A DNA stretch of 64,000 bases from Hormoscilla sp. Lineage in GTDB: Bacteria > Cyanobacteriota > Cyanobacteriia > Cyanobacteriales > Desertifilaceae. The stretch spans positions 1-64,000 of the forward strand of contig JBFRWI010000100.1 of NCBI GenBank assembly GCA_051439505.1, given 5' to 3'. Below the pieces are notes generated by a model. It saw nothing but the letters and a program-made list of their open reading frames with translations, was not told where the DNA came from and did no database searches. Below, piece by piece: positions 39,194 to 49,111 of the stretch. Made by a program: the position numbers and the translations under genes. How positions within the stretch are numbered: position 1 is the stretch's first letter; the number at the start of each line of letters is the position of its first letter.

Positions 39194-40420
39194 TTAGCTA
39201 TTAGCAGGGGGTTTGAACCCCCTGCGGGCTGACAACGAAGCCAGAAAATTACTTGACAGCAATTGCTGGTACAGTTCCAGAGTTTGGAGACCGATCGCCC
39301 CCCAACTATAATGTCGGGCAGCATACTCCCGGGCATTGTCTCCCCGCTGCTGTCGGACCCCCCGATCGGCAAGTGCTATACCTAACTTATCATATAAATC
39401 CTCTACTTCACAAGCACAAACCCACCCCGCCTCAGCATCGCGGACCTCCTCCCAGATATACACTCCATCGGAAATTACCACAGGCGTACCCGCTGCCATC
39501 GCTTCCGCCACCGCAATGCCAAAGTTTTCATAGTAAGATGGCAAGACAAATAGATCGGCATCTTGTAGCAACCCGGCTTTTAATTCCCCCGATACAAAGC
39601 CCGTGATCGTGCTATACTGACCCAGAGGTGAAGACCGTACCCTTGCTTGCATTTTCCCTTCGTACTCCGGGTCTTGAGGATTACCACCTGCTAGCACAAA
39701 GTGGAACTCCACACCTTCAGCTAAAAGTTTCTCCAATGCTGGAATCAGTAAATCCAACCCCTTCTTCGGGTCAATGCGGGACATATATAGCAGCAAAGGC
39801 ACCTCAGCAGGTATATTCAATTGACGCCGTGCCATACCGGGTGCCGGAAATTCTGGCAGTTGCACTCCCAAAGGAATTACTACATCTGGAGTGGCAGTCC
39901 CGAAGCGATCGGAAACCTTAGCTTCCTGAGTGCTAGTAAAGTGAATGGCCGCAGCACCCGCTAAATTAGGACCTTCCAACAATGCAGTATAGATCCGCTT
40001 CAACTGCTTTTTCTTGCGTAGATCGGCCGGGTCCAAAGTACCCAGGGGACGCATCAGATAAGGCAGTTGGCGACGGCGGGCCACAGCAGCAGAAAAGGAA
40101 GATACCGGAGAGAACAAAGCATGAATGTGGGCGATATCAAATTCTGTAGCATGTTGAGATAGCCAGCGCAACAGGTCAATAGAAAACTTGTAGCGACGAA
40201 ATGGAGAACAGCGGAAATAGCGCATCTGATAGCCATCTTGTTCTACAGGTCTGTCCTTAGGCACGTCCAGTGGTGCTTGACCCGTATCTCCATTAGAATC
40301 AGTAGTTAGCACAGTTACCTCGGCACCGGCATCCGCAAGTGCTGCTGACAGTCCCAGCACCATCTGACTAGGACCGCCGTACACTAGGGATATTGAAGGG
40401 ACAATTTGCAGAATTCGCAT
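39194..40420 (-). CDS. hpsP: GT4 glycosyltransferase, HpsP-like (hormogonium polysaccharide)
   Basis: MRILQIVPSISLVYGGPSQMV, HIHALFS, SRIDPKKG, ENFGIAVAEAM. Confidence 0.8.
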   Translation of the reverse strand: MRILQIVPSISLVYGGPSQMVLGLSAALADAGAEVTVLTTDSNGDTGQAPLDVPKDRPVEQDGYQMRYFRCSPFRRYKFSIDLLRWLSQHATEFDIAHIHALFSPVSSFSAAVARRRQLPYLMRPLGTLDPADLRKKKQLKRIYTALLEGPNLAGAAAIHFTSTQEAKVSDRFGTATPDVVIPLGVQLPEFPAPGMARRQLNIPAEVPLLLYMSRIDPKKGLDLLIPALEKLLAEGVEFHFVLAGGNPQDPEYEGKMQARVRSSPLGQYSTITGFVSGELKAGLLQDADLFVLPSYYENFGIAVAEAMAAGTPVVISDGVYIWEEVRDAEAGWVCACEVEDLYDKLGIALADRGVRQQRGDNAREYAARHYSWGAIGLQTLELYQQLLSSNFLASLSARRGFKPPANS

Positions 40421-40429
40421 GGTTTTCAT

Positions 40430-40494
40430 TACCAATCATTTTAATAGCCCGCGCGGGCGGACTTAGTTTTTGTAGTGGCAGGTTTTAACCTGCC
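40430..40494 (+). repeat. 65-bp direct repeat (REP-derived), left flank of cassette
   Basis: Matches 41666-41730; partial copy 41561-41611. Confidence 0.85.
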
Positions 40495-41312
40495 ACTACA
40501 CTGCCCGATCGCCTGCCTATTGTAGCCATAATCTCTTCAGCATGAGTCCGTAGGATGGGGAAGCGACGGGCACATCGCTCTAAAATATTATTTATGTGAG
40601 GCGCGTCCTCAGCAAGGCTCGATCGCATCTCACGTTCCGTCAAGTCAGTTAAAATATTCAGGATATTAATTGCCAGAGATTCATCAGCATTATCCAGCAA
40701 ACTCAATAGCTTGTTCATAGCCCCGATCGCGCCCTGACAATACATAGCTGCGAGTAATTCAGCTTTAACAGAGAGGGAATGTTCAGCTCGAACATATTCA
40801 GCAAATTTTGGTAAGAGCTGTTCTGTGGCCAAAAGGCCAATAGAGTTAGCAGCAAATGCTCTAACCGAGTCATCTTCATCAACATCAAGCAGTGCCAGTT
40901 CCAGGGAATAAATTGCTTCAGAAACTCCTAATGATCCAAGTGCTTCTGCCGCCGATGCCCGCACCAGGGGAGAAGCGTCATTTCTGAGCAAATACTCGAT
41001 AGAAGCCACTGCTCGAATATCACTCAGTTCGGCCAGGGCCTCCACAACTTCCGACCTCACAATTTCTTCTGGGTCATCCAGAGAGTCCATGAGTGCAGCA
41101 CCAACAGATTCCAAATCTTGCCTTCCCAGATAACCCAATGCGTATGCTGCTGAGGAACGAATATCAGCAGCGGGGGACTTCAACAATCTCAGTATTTTCG
41201 GTGCAGATGCATAATCTTTATCATCAACCATATCCATCAGGGATGCCACTTGCAGCGTCGGCTCATCTGAATCATGCTTATCTAGCAATGCGTTAATATT
41301 TGCCCGTTCCAT
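40485..41312 (-). CDS. HEAT-repeat protein (putative immunity protein)
   Basis: Repeated VR..AA.ALG.LG; GGAG RBS before ATG 41312. Confidence 0.8.
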   Translation of the reverse strand: MERANINALLDKHDSDEPTLQVASLMDMVDDKDYASAPKILRLLKSPAADIRSSAAYALGYLGRQDLESVGAALMDSLDDPEEIVRSEVVEALAELSDIRAVASIEYLLRNDASPLVRASAAEALGSLGVSEAIYSLELALLDVDEDDSVRAFAANSIGLLATEQLLPKFAEYVRAEHSLSVKAELLAAMYCQGAIGAMNKLLSLLDNADESLAINILNILTDLTEREMRSSLAEDAPHINNILERCARRFPILRTHAEEIMATIGRRSGSVVAG

Positions 41313-41340
41313 GATTTTTATCCACTCCACTTCAATTCTA

Positions 41341-41541
41341 TTACTGTTTGCGACGGCGTCGGCATCCTTTAGCTTTCTGAGTTGCCTTAATTTTCTGTAT
41401 TTTAGCAGTGTCGCGAGCAACTCTAGCCTCCGCCATCATAATTTCGAGCGCTTCGCAAATTGTTGTAGCTGAACCCTCTGAGATTAATTCGCGAACCTCA
41501 TTTAAGATTCCCGTGTCTGCGACATTTCCTTCTGATGTCAT
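41341..41541 (-). CDS. Stand-alone polymorphic toxin domain, Ntox34-like
   Basis: GNVADTG, ICEAL, KIKATQKAKGCR fit the GNxxD/K/C helical signature as I recall it. Confidence 0.65.
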   Translation of the reverse strand: MTSEGNVADTGILNEVRELISEGSATTICEALEIMMAEARVARDTAKIQKIKATQKAKGCRRRRKQ

Positions 41542-41665
41542 GAGTTACGCTAATTTCTTTATAGCCCGCGCAGGCGGGCTTGGTTTGTGTAGCGGCAGGT
41601 TAAAACCTGCCGACTGGTGATGGGTGATTCCCAACCTATTGGTGATTGGTGGGCGATGCCCACCC

Positions 41666-41730
41666 TACCAATCATTTTAATAGCCCGCGCAGGCGGGCTT
41701 GGTTTGTGTAGCGGCAGGTTTTAACCTGCC
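41666..41730 (+). repeat. 65-bp direct repeat, right flank of cassette, followed by AACCTGCCGATTC 13-mers
   Basis: Matches 40430-40494. Confidence 0.85.
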
Positions 41731-41782
41731 GATTCAACCTGCCGATTCAACCTGCCGATTCAACCTACAGATTAAAAGATTG

Positions 41783-43576
41783 CTAACGCTTTGCCAACTT
41801 CTTAGCCTTCATCTTCCGCAGACGAATAGACTTAGGCGTCACCTCCACCAACTCATCAGATCCGATATATTCCAACGCGCGTTCTAAACTCATTTCCACA
41901 GGTGATTGCAACTGTACCAACTCATCCCCCGTAGCAGAACGCATGTTAGTCAACTGCTTAGTCTTACAGATATTCAAATCCAAATCTTGGGGGCGGTTAT
42001 GTTCCCCGATAATCATCCCTTTATACACCTTCGTCCCAGGGGTAATGAAGAATACCCCTCGGTCTTCAGCATTTTTCAGGGCGTAGAAAGTCGCCGTTCC
42101 TTCTTCAAAAGCAATCAGTACCCCATTGCGGCGGGTTTCCACTTCCCCACTCAAGGGACGATAGTCGAAAAAGCTGTGATTCATGATTCCCTCGCCCCGC
42201 GTCAGGCGCATGAATTCACCCCGAAAACCAATTAAACCCCGGGCCGGGATGATAAATTCTAACTGGGTGCGTCCGTTACCACTCATTTGCATATCCTGCA
42301 TTTCCCCCTTACGCTGTCCCAGTCTTTCGATGCAACCGCCTGCTGCTGTTTCGGGAACGTCCAAGATTAAGCATTCAAAGGGTTCGCAGGGTTGGCCCTT
42401 CACTTCCCGGTAGATCACTTGGGGTTGAGAAACCTGGAATTCATAGCCTTCCCGCCGCATGGTTTCGATTAAAATTCCCAGATGCAACTCTCCCCGTCCC
42501 GAGACCGCAAATTTATCTGGAGTGTCCGCTTCTTCTACCCGCAGGGCCACATTGGTTTCCAGTTCCCGCGATAGGCGATCGCGCAATTGCCGGGAAGTCA
42601 CGTAATCTCCCTCTTTCCCTGCGAAAGGCGAATCATTCACAGAGAAAGTCATCTGCAAAGTGGGTTCATCCACCTTAATCAAAGGTAAAGCTTGGGGTTC
42701 GTTCGGGCAAGTAATGGTCTCGCCAATATTAGCATCAGCGAAGCCGGCCACCGCCACAATATTCCCAGCGGAAGCTGACTCCAGGTCGATGCGCTTGAGA
42801 CCTTCAAACCCCATCAACTTGGAGATCTTGGCCTTGACAATATCCCCAGTTTCCGTGACGATCGCAGCTTGTTGACCTGCTTTAATCGTACCATTGTGAA
42901 TTCTGCCAATGACAATGCGACCCAGATATTCAGAATAATCCAGAGTCGTCACTTGCAACTGTAGGGGTTGATCCGGGTCACCTACCGGGGGCGAAACGTG
43001 ATGCAGAATTGACTCAAACAGGGGTTGCATATCCGTGCTTTCGGCATCTAAATCCTCTTTAGCATAACCTTGTATGCCCGAAGCAAACAGATAGGGAAAC
43101 TCGCATTGGTCGTCATCCGCACCCAATTCTAGGAACAGATCCAGCACTTTATTCACCGCGCCGTGGGGGTCCGCTTGGGGGCGATCGATCTTATTGACAA
43201 CTACAATGGGGCGCAAACCCTTTTCCAGGGCCTTTTTGAGCACAAAGCGAGTCTGAGGCATCGGGCCTTCATTAGCATCAACAATGAGGATACAGCCATC
43301 CACCATACCCAGGACCCGTTCCACCTCACCGCCAAAGTCAGCGTGACCGGGAGTATCGACAATGTTAATTAAGGTATCCTTGTACTTGACAGCGGTGTTT
43401 TTTGAGAGTATAGTAATGCCCCGTTCTCGTTCCAAGTCATTGGAGTCCATGACGCAGTCCGGCACATCTTCCCCTTCGCGGAAGATACCAGACTGTTTCA
43501 GGAGGGCGTCAACGAGAGTAGTTTTGCCGTGATCGACGTGGGCAATAATGGCTACGTTACGGATAGGAAGAGACAT
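41783..43576 (-). CDS. typA: Translational GTPase TypA/BipA
   Basis: [30 protein letters not shown]. Confidence 0.97.
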   Translation of the reverse strand: MSLPIRNVAIIAHVDHGKTTLVDALLKQSGIFREGEDVPDCVMDSNDLERERGITILSKNTAVKYKDTLINIVDTPGHADFGGEVERVLGMVDGCILIVDANEGPMPQTRFVLKKALEKGLRPIVVVNKIDRPQADPHGAVNKVLDLFLELGADDDQCEFPYLFASGIQGYAKEDLDAESTDMQPLFESILHHVSPPVGDPDQPLQLQVTTLDYSEYLGRIVIGRIHNGTIKAGQQAAIVTETGDIVKAKISKLMGFEGLKRIDLESASAGNIVAVAGFADANIGETITCPNEPQALPLIKVDEPTLQMTFSVNDSPFAGKEGDYVTSRQLRDRLSRELETNVALRVEEADTPDKFAVSGRGELHLGILIETMRREGYEFQVSQPQVIYREVKGQPCEPFECLILDVPETAAGGCIERLGQRKGEMQDMQMSGNGRTQLEFIIPARGLIGFRGEFMRLTRGEGIMNHSFFDYRPLSGEVETRRNGVLIAFEEGTATFYALKNAEDRGVFFITPGTKVYKGMIIGEHNRPQDLDLNICKTKQLTNMRSATGDELVQLQSPVEMSLERALEYIGSDELVEVTPKSIRLRKMKAKKLAKR

Positions 43577-43971
43577 ACGCAATTCAAAATTCTTTCTTCA
43601 AAATTCAAAATGGGGAAACTCATTGAGCGTAAGGCTTTCAGAGGATCTGCCTATGCAATTTAAATGCACGACAGCTTAGGTACGTGAGTCAGTCTGTCGG
43701 CAGACTGGTATTGTGAAACATTTCTTAACGATTATAGCTTACCAGGTGGTGGGCGAGTACAAATGTACCATTCGAGTGCTGGGCCCCAGGATGCTGGGAC
43801 GATCGGCTAGGATAGAGAGATTACAGGAGTCAAGACAATCACAGGACGTAGGGTGGGCACCGCCCACCACCCGAAGCGCCACGCCCGCGCCAACTCAATA
43901 ATGTGTAAATCAGTCGGTCCACTTACTTAACATGGTGTATCATTGGAGTGCTGGGCAGCTAGAATAAGTTC

Positions 43972-44328
43972 ATGCAAGCACAACCGAGGGAGATTCGGAG
44001 TTACATTACGATAGATGGTAGAGTTCCTTTTGAAGAATGGCTGAATTCCCGGCGCGATTTTACAGCAGTGGTCAAGATAGAGAAAAGACTTGACCGAATT
44101 CGCCTTGGCCACCTGGGAAACTATCGGTCAGTGGGAGAAGGAGTCTATGAATTAAGGATTGATTATGGTCCGGGATATCGGGTATACTTCGGACAAATAG
44201 GAACAAGGATCGTAATTCTGTTATGTGGCGGGGATAAAAGCAGTCAACAGCAAGATATACGCAAAGCTAAGGAGTATTGGAGAGACTATGAAGAACTTGA
44301 AAACGATGACGGTGAAAACCCCTACTGA
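43972..44328 (+). CDS. RelE/HigB-like addiction module toxin
   Basis: RLDRIRLG.LG..RSVGEGVYELRIDYGPGYRVYF, LLCGGDKSSQ. Confidence 0.9.
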   Translation: MQAQPREIRSYITIDGRVPFEEWLNSRRDFTAVVKIEKRLDRIRLGHLGNYRSVGEGVYELRIDYGPGYRVYFGQIGTRIVILLCGGDKSSQQQDIRKAKEYWRDYEELENDDGENPY

Positions 44329-44722
44329 GTCGTCAGATGCTGTGTCTCCTGGGAGCAAGCTCCGGGAACCCTCCGCTACTCGCACTAACCGGAGGACTCA
44401 GCGGAGTAATAGCTACCAAGACTATCTCATAGAAACGCTCAAAGATCGAGTCCACGCTGCTGCTTATCTGACGGTACACTTGGAAGATGAAGACGGAGAC
44501 GCTGAAGAGGAACTGCTCATGAACGCACTTAGTAATGTCTTCCAGGCCCTGGGGGAACCCAATATGTCACCCGCATCGGCTAAACTGCATCTGGAAAAAC
44601 TAGATGATTTGCTCTCAAAGTCGGGAAGTGCAGTAATTTACAGTTTAACAGATTGGTTGGCGATCCTGGGTTTAAAACTTACTGTCACTGTGAATCAAGA
44701 TTTGGGCGATAATGGAGATTGA
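44288..44722 (+). CDS. Cognate antitoxin (addiction module antidote-like)
   Basis: YQDYLIETLKD..HAAAYL; overlaps toxin end; start uncertain. Confidence 0.75.
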   Translation: MKNLKTMTVKTPTESSDAVSPGSKLREPSATRTNRRTQRSNSYQDYLIETLKDRVHAAAYLTVHLEDEDGDAEEELLMNALSNVFQALGEPNMSPASAKLHLEKLDDLLSKSGSAVIYSLTDWLAILGLKLTVTVNQDLGDNGD

Positions 44723-44741
44723 GATTTTGCCCGATCGCCCT

Positions 44742-45227
44742 CTAAGCCCTCTGGAACTGACCTCCGGGAGTAATATACCCCACCATATGGGAATATTGGG
44801 TCCGACTGTCAAAATTCACCTCTGTCAATTCTCTATCCAAGTGAATAGATGAGCTTTCATCTTTACTCACAAACACCATCATGCAATCATGCAATTTTCT
44901 TCGCTCTGGCTCGATCAAATCATTAATGATCAACTCGATAAAATCCTTTTTGCTTGGCAAAGAAGAACGCAGTAACTGAATTTTTACGCCCATTCGATCG
45001 CCCTGCGTACCGGTCATAATATACTCCGACGATCTGTCAGGAATTTTAGTGAGATATTGATGGGGTTGATGAATCTTCAACCACTCCAATACCGCTGTTT
45101 CTGTTGCAGCGATAGATTCATATAACCTATCCATATAAGCATAGAAAGCATCATCATCATCTCGATTAGCGAGCATGTATGCGCGGAGTTCTTTGCGATT
45201 CATTTCCTGAAAGTTAGGTTTCATCAT
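44742..45227 (-). CDS. DUF6887-like protein with C-terminal extension
   Basis: MMKPNFQEMNRKELRAYMLANRDDDDAFYAYMDRL. Confidence 0.75.
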   Translation of the reverse strand: MMKPNFQEMNRKELRAYMLANRDDDDAFYAYMDRLYESIAATETAVLEWLKIHQPHQYLTKIPDRSSEYIMTGTQGDRMGVKIQLLRSSLPSKKDFIELIINDLIEPERRKLHDCMMVFVSKDESSSIHLDRELTEVNFDSRTQYSHMVGYITPGGQFQRA

Positions 45228-45397
45228 TCGTCTACCAAATCACCTTTTTGATCGATCAAAAACTGAATGTCCTCTCCTGCCTGGATGTATATGTAACCCG
45301 TGCGTTCGTCAATCCGCACGATATAAATCGGCACATACATCTTTGTCAAATCATAGCATATAATAAAGCATTTCAATGCCTGGGCTGCTGTAGGAAT
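45224..45397 (-). CDS. DUF6888-like small protein (missed by ORF track, non-ATG start)
   Basis: PTAAQALKCF…YVPIYIVRIDERTGYIYIQAGEDIQFLI; TGA overlaps next ATG; upstream TTGACA-N18-TATAGT. Confidence 0.7.
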   Translation of the reverse strand: MPTAAQALKCFIICYDLTKMYVPIYIVRIDERTGYIYIQAGEDIQFLIDQKGDLVDE

Positions 45398-45619
45398 AAT
45401 CTTTACCCCCTGACGTTCTTCATCCTTGACTATACAATCCCAAATGGCCCCATGTCAAGCCCCAGGACACCCGATCGCGTAGCGGCTGCGCAGCAGCATC
45501 GCCCCTAGGGCCTAAACCGATCGCCGGTGACAAGCAAGCCAAATTTTCCATCGCCCTGTCCTCTGCGTCAAGAAGTTGATAAAATAGAATATAGAAATTT
45601 GAAAGGGAGTATTGCAGGT

Positions 45620-45904
45620 ATGGATATGCAAGCGCTCAGAGAGCGTGCCGAGCTTACTCGCACTGAAGTAGCATATAAGCTAGGAGTAAGCGAAACCAGC
45701 GTCCGCAACTGGGAAAGGGGCCGGACTGAACCGACAATGACACCGCAAAAATACTTAGAAGCATTGAATTTATTCCAATGTACGCCAGAAGAATTAGCCG
45801 CAGCAAGCGAAAAGTCCCTCAACCAAGACCACAAGGGCAAACCCGGAAGGCCCAAACGGATAGTCAAAAATGAAACTGATAAGCGGAAATTATCTGAATC
45901 ATGA
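45620..45904 (+). CDS. XRE-family HTH regulator
   Basis: LRERAELTRTEVA..LGVSETSVRNWERG. Confidence 0.85.
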   Translation: MDMQALRERAELTRTEVAYKLGVSETSVRNWERGRTEPTMTPQKYLEALNLFQCTPEELAAASEKSLNQDHKGKPGRPKRIVKNETDKRKLSES

Positions 45905-46045
45905 CATAAAAATTGCATCGGTACTATTGCAAGTAATTCAGTAGCAAGAGGCGATCGATCTATCAGCCGTTTCGGAGTTCCCCATCGGCAAGGGAACGAG
46001 TCCAACTCCAAGTCCGCCAAAAGCCAGTCAATCACCAGTCCCAAC

Positions 46046-46642
46046 ATGCTATCAGAAAAATTTACCGAAGCCCTCACCTTTGCCACGGAACTTCACGCTA
46101 CCCAGAAGCGTAAGGGTTCGGGCGTTCCCTATATTGCTCATTTGTTAGGCACGGCCAGTATTGTTCTAGAATATGGAGCTAACGAAGCTGAGGCGATCGC
46201 CGCCTTACTCCACGATGCCATCGAAGATCAAGGGGGTACACCGACTAGAGAAGCAATTCGCCGCCGGTTTGGGGATGCTGTCACGGCCATTGTGGATGGA
46301 TGCACGGATGCTGACAGCATCCCCAAACCCCCCTGGCGACAGCGCAAAGAAGCTTATATTGCTAGCATTCCCACCGCCTCAGCCTCAGTGCGACTGGTGA
46401 CAGCAGCAGATAAACTGTACAATGCTAGATCGATACTCAAAGATTATCGGGTATTGGGAGAGGAACTCTGGCAGCGTTTCGCTGGCGGCAAAGCAGGCAC
46501 CCTCTGGTATTACCGGGCCCTGGTAGAAGCATTGCGCGCAGCAGCATCAACGCCTCTGGTAGAAGAATTAGACCGGGTAGTTACTCAGATAGAACAGCTA
46601 GCATCCGATTCCCCAGTTAAGATGTCGTCCATCGTAAACTAA
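46046..46642 (+). CDS. HD-domain small alarmone hydrolase-like protein
   Basis: HATQKRK, PYIAH, ALLHDAIED, ADKLYN. Confidence 0.88.
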   Translation: MLSEKFTEALTFATELHATQKRKGSGVPYIAHLLGTASIVLEYGANEAEAIAALLHDAIEDQGGTPTREAIRRRFGDAVTAIVDGCTDADSIPKPPWRQRKEAYIASIPTASASVRLVTAADKLYNARSILKDYRVLGEELWQRFAGGKAGTLWYYRALVEALRAAASTPLVEELDRVVTQIEQLASDSPVKMSSIVN

Positions 46643-46686
46643 GAATTACACGAGTACCTCAGATTAGAGAAGGATTCACTATTACA

Positions 46687-47106
46687 ATGGCAGAAGCAAC
46701 AGAGCAAAAGCCCGCTGGCAAAAAAGCCAAGCCACCCGCACTGGAAGACAAGCCCTTTGCTGAGTTTATCGGGGAGCATTACCTGCCCGCCTTAGAGACC
46801 AAACTGGCAAGTCAGGGAATTTCTCAATTAGACCTCAAGTTTGTCAAGCAAAAAATTCCCATCATCGGTCTGGAGAAAGAGCCTGAGTGCTGGCAAGTGA
46901 TTGGCAACTGGGCCGATCGCCAGTTTAGCGTCTACTTCCTCAAAGAAGACATCAAAGGAGAGCGAGCCTTTTCCTACGCCATGGGGGGCAGCAAGCCAGC
47001 TGCTCTAGAACCATTCTTAATTGACGAGCGGAAGATTACCCTAGACTTGCTGGTGTTTGGCGTCCTACAGCGGCTCAACGGTCAAAAATGGCTGGCCTTA
47101 AATTAA
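46687..47106 (+). CDS. ndhV: DUF2996 / NDH-1 subunit NdhV-like
   Basis: LEDKPF.EFI..H..P.L, EPFLIDERKITL, QRLNGQKWL. Confidence 0.8.
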   Translation: MAEATEQKPAGKKAKPPALEDKPFAEFIGEHYLPALETKLASQGISQLDLKFVKQKIPIIGLEKEPECWQVIGNWADRQFSVYFLKEDIKGERAFSYAMGGSKPAALEPFLIDERKITLDLLVFGVLQRLNGQKWLALN

Positions 47107-47597
47107 CCTTGCAACTCGTGGAATTCGTAAAGGACAATCCCCGTATCCGGGTGATTGCCAATGGTAGCATAGTCAGCCTTGACCATTTCTAGCAAAACGG
47201 ATTCCACTTCGCTAAAGCCCACCCCCGTTTCCATCACCCCTTGGGTAACGGATAATTTGCCCCCCCGGGCTTCAGCAGCCTTGAGGAGTTTCACCATCAG
47301 CTGATCCCGGGTGGGCATTGCTGGGGGAGCTTTAGCCACCACTTGCTGGGCCACTGCCTTTTGCTCGGTAGGTACGCCAGTTGGGGACAAGCCATATTTG
47401 GCTCTAAAATTGGCATTGTGCTCTTCGACCATATCAGAAATCAAGAACAAATCCACAAACTGCCCGATGCCCAATAAGCCCCCAGTACAGAGCCACAAGA
47501 GACCTGTGGCAAATTTTCGGTTATAAATGCGATGCAGCCCAGAAGCCCCAAACAGGAAGCCGAGCCAAAGTAAATAGCTGGTACTAACTTGATTCAT
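47103..47597 (-). CDS. TM2/NINE domain membrane protein
   Basis: GLHRIY…GLLWLCTGGLLGIGQFVDLFLI. Confidence 0.85.
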   Translation of the reverse strand: MNQVSTSYLLWLGFLFGASGLHRIYNRKFATGLLWLCTGGLLGIGQFVDLFLISDMVEEHNANFRAKYGLSPTGVPTEQKAVAQQVVAKAPPAMPTRDQLMVKLLKAAEARGGKLSVTQGVMETGVGFSEVESVLLEMVKADYATIGNHPDTGIVLYEFHELQG

Positions 47598-47637
47598 TGC
47601 CGTAACTGATAGATTTAGTTCTAATATAAATGTTTAT

Positions 47638-47800
47638 CCGTTACATAAGACTTACCCAAAGCTCCCCACATGTGGACCGCTTTGGAACTTACTTCCTGCA
47701 ACATCGCTGGTAGTGTCGGCACTGACCAGTCCGCAGGCTAACACCACCTAACTGGCGGCTATCTCCAAATTAATGGAGGCATTCAAGTCTCGATCTATTT
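47638..47800 (-). ncRNA. Putative TnpB omega/reRNA scaffold
   Basis: Structured region between tnpB 3' end and right end; established TnpB organisation. Confidence 0.55.
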
Positions 47801-48836
47801 CCAGGCCACAGTTGTCACACCGGAAGATTCTTTCTGATAAGGGCTGCTCGTCTTTTTTTGTGTGACATCTAGAACAGGTCTTAGTTGAGGGATACCATTG
47901 GTCAACCACAACTAAGGTCGAACCATACAACTCACACTTGTACTCCAACTGCCGTCTGAATTCGTAGAAACCCATGTCACCAATAGCTTTGGCTAGCTTG
48001 TGGTTTGCCACCATACCAGACACATTCAAGTCCTCAATTCCTATCCGGCCGTGGTTTTTGGCCAAATATGTCGTGAGTTTGTGTAATGTATCTTTGCGGA
48101 TGTTAGCTATCTTTCGATGCAGACGAGCTATTTTGACTTGGGCTTTTTTCCAATTTGCCGAGCCGATCTTTCTTCTCCGATTCAGCCATTGTAGTCGCGA
48201 GAGTTGTTTTTCATATTTTCGATAGCTTTTAGCGCCATCAAAAACTTCACCGGTCGATAAAACTGCCAGAGTTTTTATGCCTAAATCCACCCCTACTACC
48301 GGAGAGGGTTTTGGGTGGTTTACTGGCTCAACTTCCAGTTGAAAGCTGATAAACCAGCGATCGGCAGTTCTGGATCTGGTTACAGACTTCGGCTGAGAAC
48401 CGACTGGTAGTCTTTCATATGTTCTCAGCCAACCAATCTTAGGGACTTTGATCCCAAAATGGTCAAGTTTAATGGAGCCATCTAAAGTAAAGCTATCACC
48501 ACGACCTTTTTTCTTAAACCTGGGCGGTTTACTTATCTTTTTGAATGCCCGCCTCCAAGCTTCACGTAGCTGTCTCAAGGCATATTGTGGGGCACACTTG
48601 CTGACCTCGTAATACCAGGGATACTCATGTTTTACTAGGGCAACCAACCACTTATGCAGGTCAATTGCTGTTGGAAATTTTATTTTCTCTTCTGGATTGT
48701 CCCGATTGTGGTCAAGTATCTGTTTTGTCAGACCCAATCCCCAGTTCCAAGCATGACGGGCTACCCCCGCGTGTTTTGCTAGTAGTGTGCGTTGCTTGTT
48801 GTTTAATTTTAGCTCGGTCTTAAAACCTAATAACAT
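47748..48836 (-). CDS. tnpB: TnpB RNA-guided endonuclease
   Basis: GVDLG, IEDL, DRDLNA RuvC residues; CSRC/CDNC zinc finger. Confidence 0.93.
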   Translation of the reverse strand: MLLGFKTELKLNNKQRTLLAKHAGVARHAWNWGLGLTKQILDHNRDNPEEKIKFPTAIDLHKWLVALVKHEYPWYYEVSKCAPQYALRQLREAWRRAFKKISKPPRFKKKGRGDSFTLDGSIKLDHFGIKVPKIGWLRTYERLPVGSQPKSVTRSRTADRWFISFQLEVEPVNHPKPSPVVGVDLGIKTLAVLSTGEVFDGAKSYRKYEKQLSRLQWLNRRRKIGSANWKKAQVKIARLHRKIANIRKDTLHKLTTYLAKNHGRIGIEDLNVSGMVANHKLAKAIGDMGFYEFRRQLEYKCELYGSTLVVVDQWYPSTKTCSRCHTKKDEQPLSERIFRCDNCGLEIDRDLNASINLEIAAS

Positions 48837-49111
48837 ACATCCTCCACCGCATTAGCTTATCTTTGCGGATCGTGATATCCTTGATTTAATTTATTTAAGG
48901 AAGGGAGCTTAATGCTTCCTTTTTCTTAATTTTTATTATAGCAATCCCTACCTCAGAAACCTATCCGAAATAACACCTAATTTGATTAATCGGGCCAAAT
49001 ATATTGATTCGACACGAGCCCCTTACCCAATTCGGCAACAATGTAAAAAGGTGTCAAACAATTTACTTACAGCTACAAACCCCCCGCCAGTGGTTATCAT
49101 GTTTAGTGTAG

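Larger units (their letters stand above)
47638..49072 (-). mobile_element. Non-autonomous IS607-like element (tnpB only; left boundary approximate)
   Basis: Right end …GTAACGG; CTTACCCAA at both ends (47651, 49022); no tnpA ORF. Confidence 0.6.

Noticed and set aside
41313..41420. N-terminal extension of the HEAT ORF from TTG 41420
   Set aside because: Overlaps the upstream toxin-like gene; RBS supports ATG 41312
40430..41730. Integron attC cassette
   Set aside because: Flanks are REP-family palindromes without a proper RYYYAAC/GTTRRRY pair; no integrase
45568..46086. 172-aa minus-strand ORF and other antisense shadow ORFs in the track
   Set aside because: Opposite well-supported genes and lacking motifs
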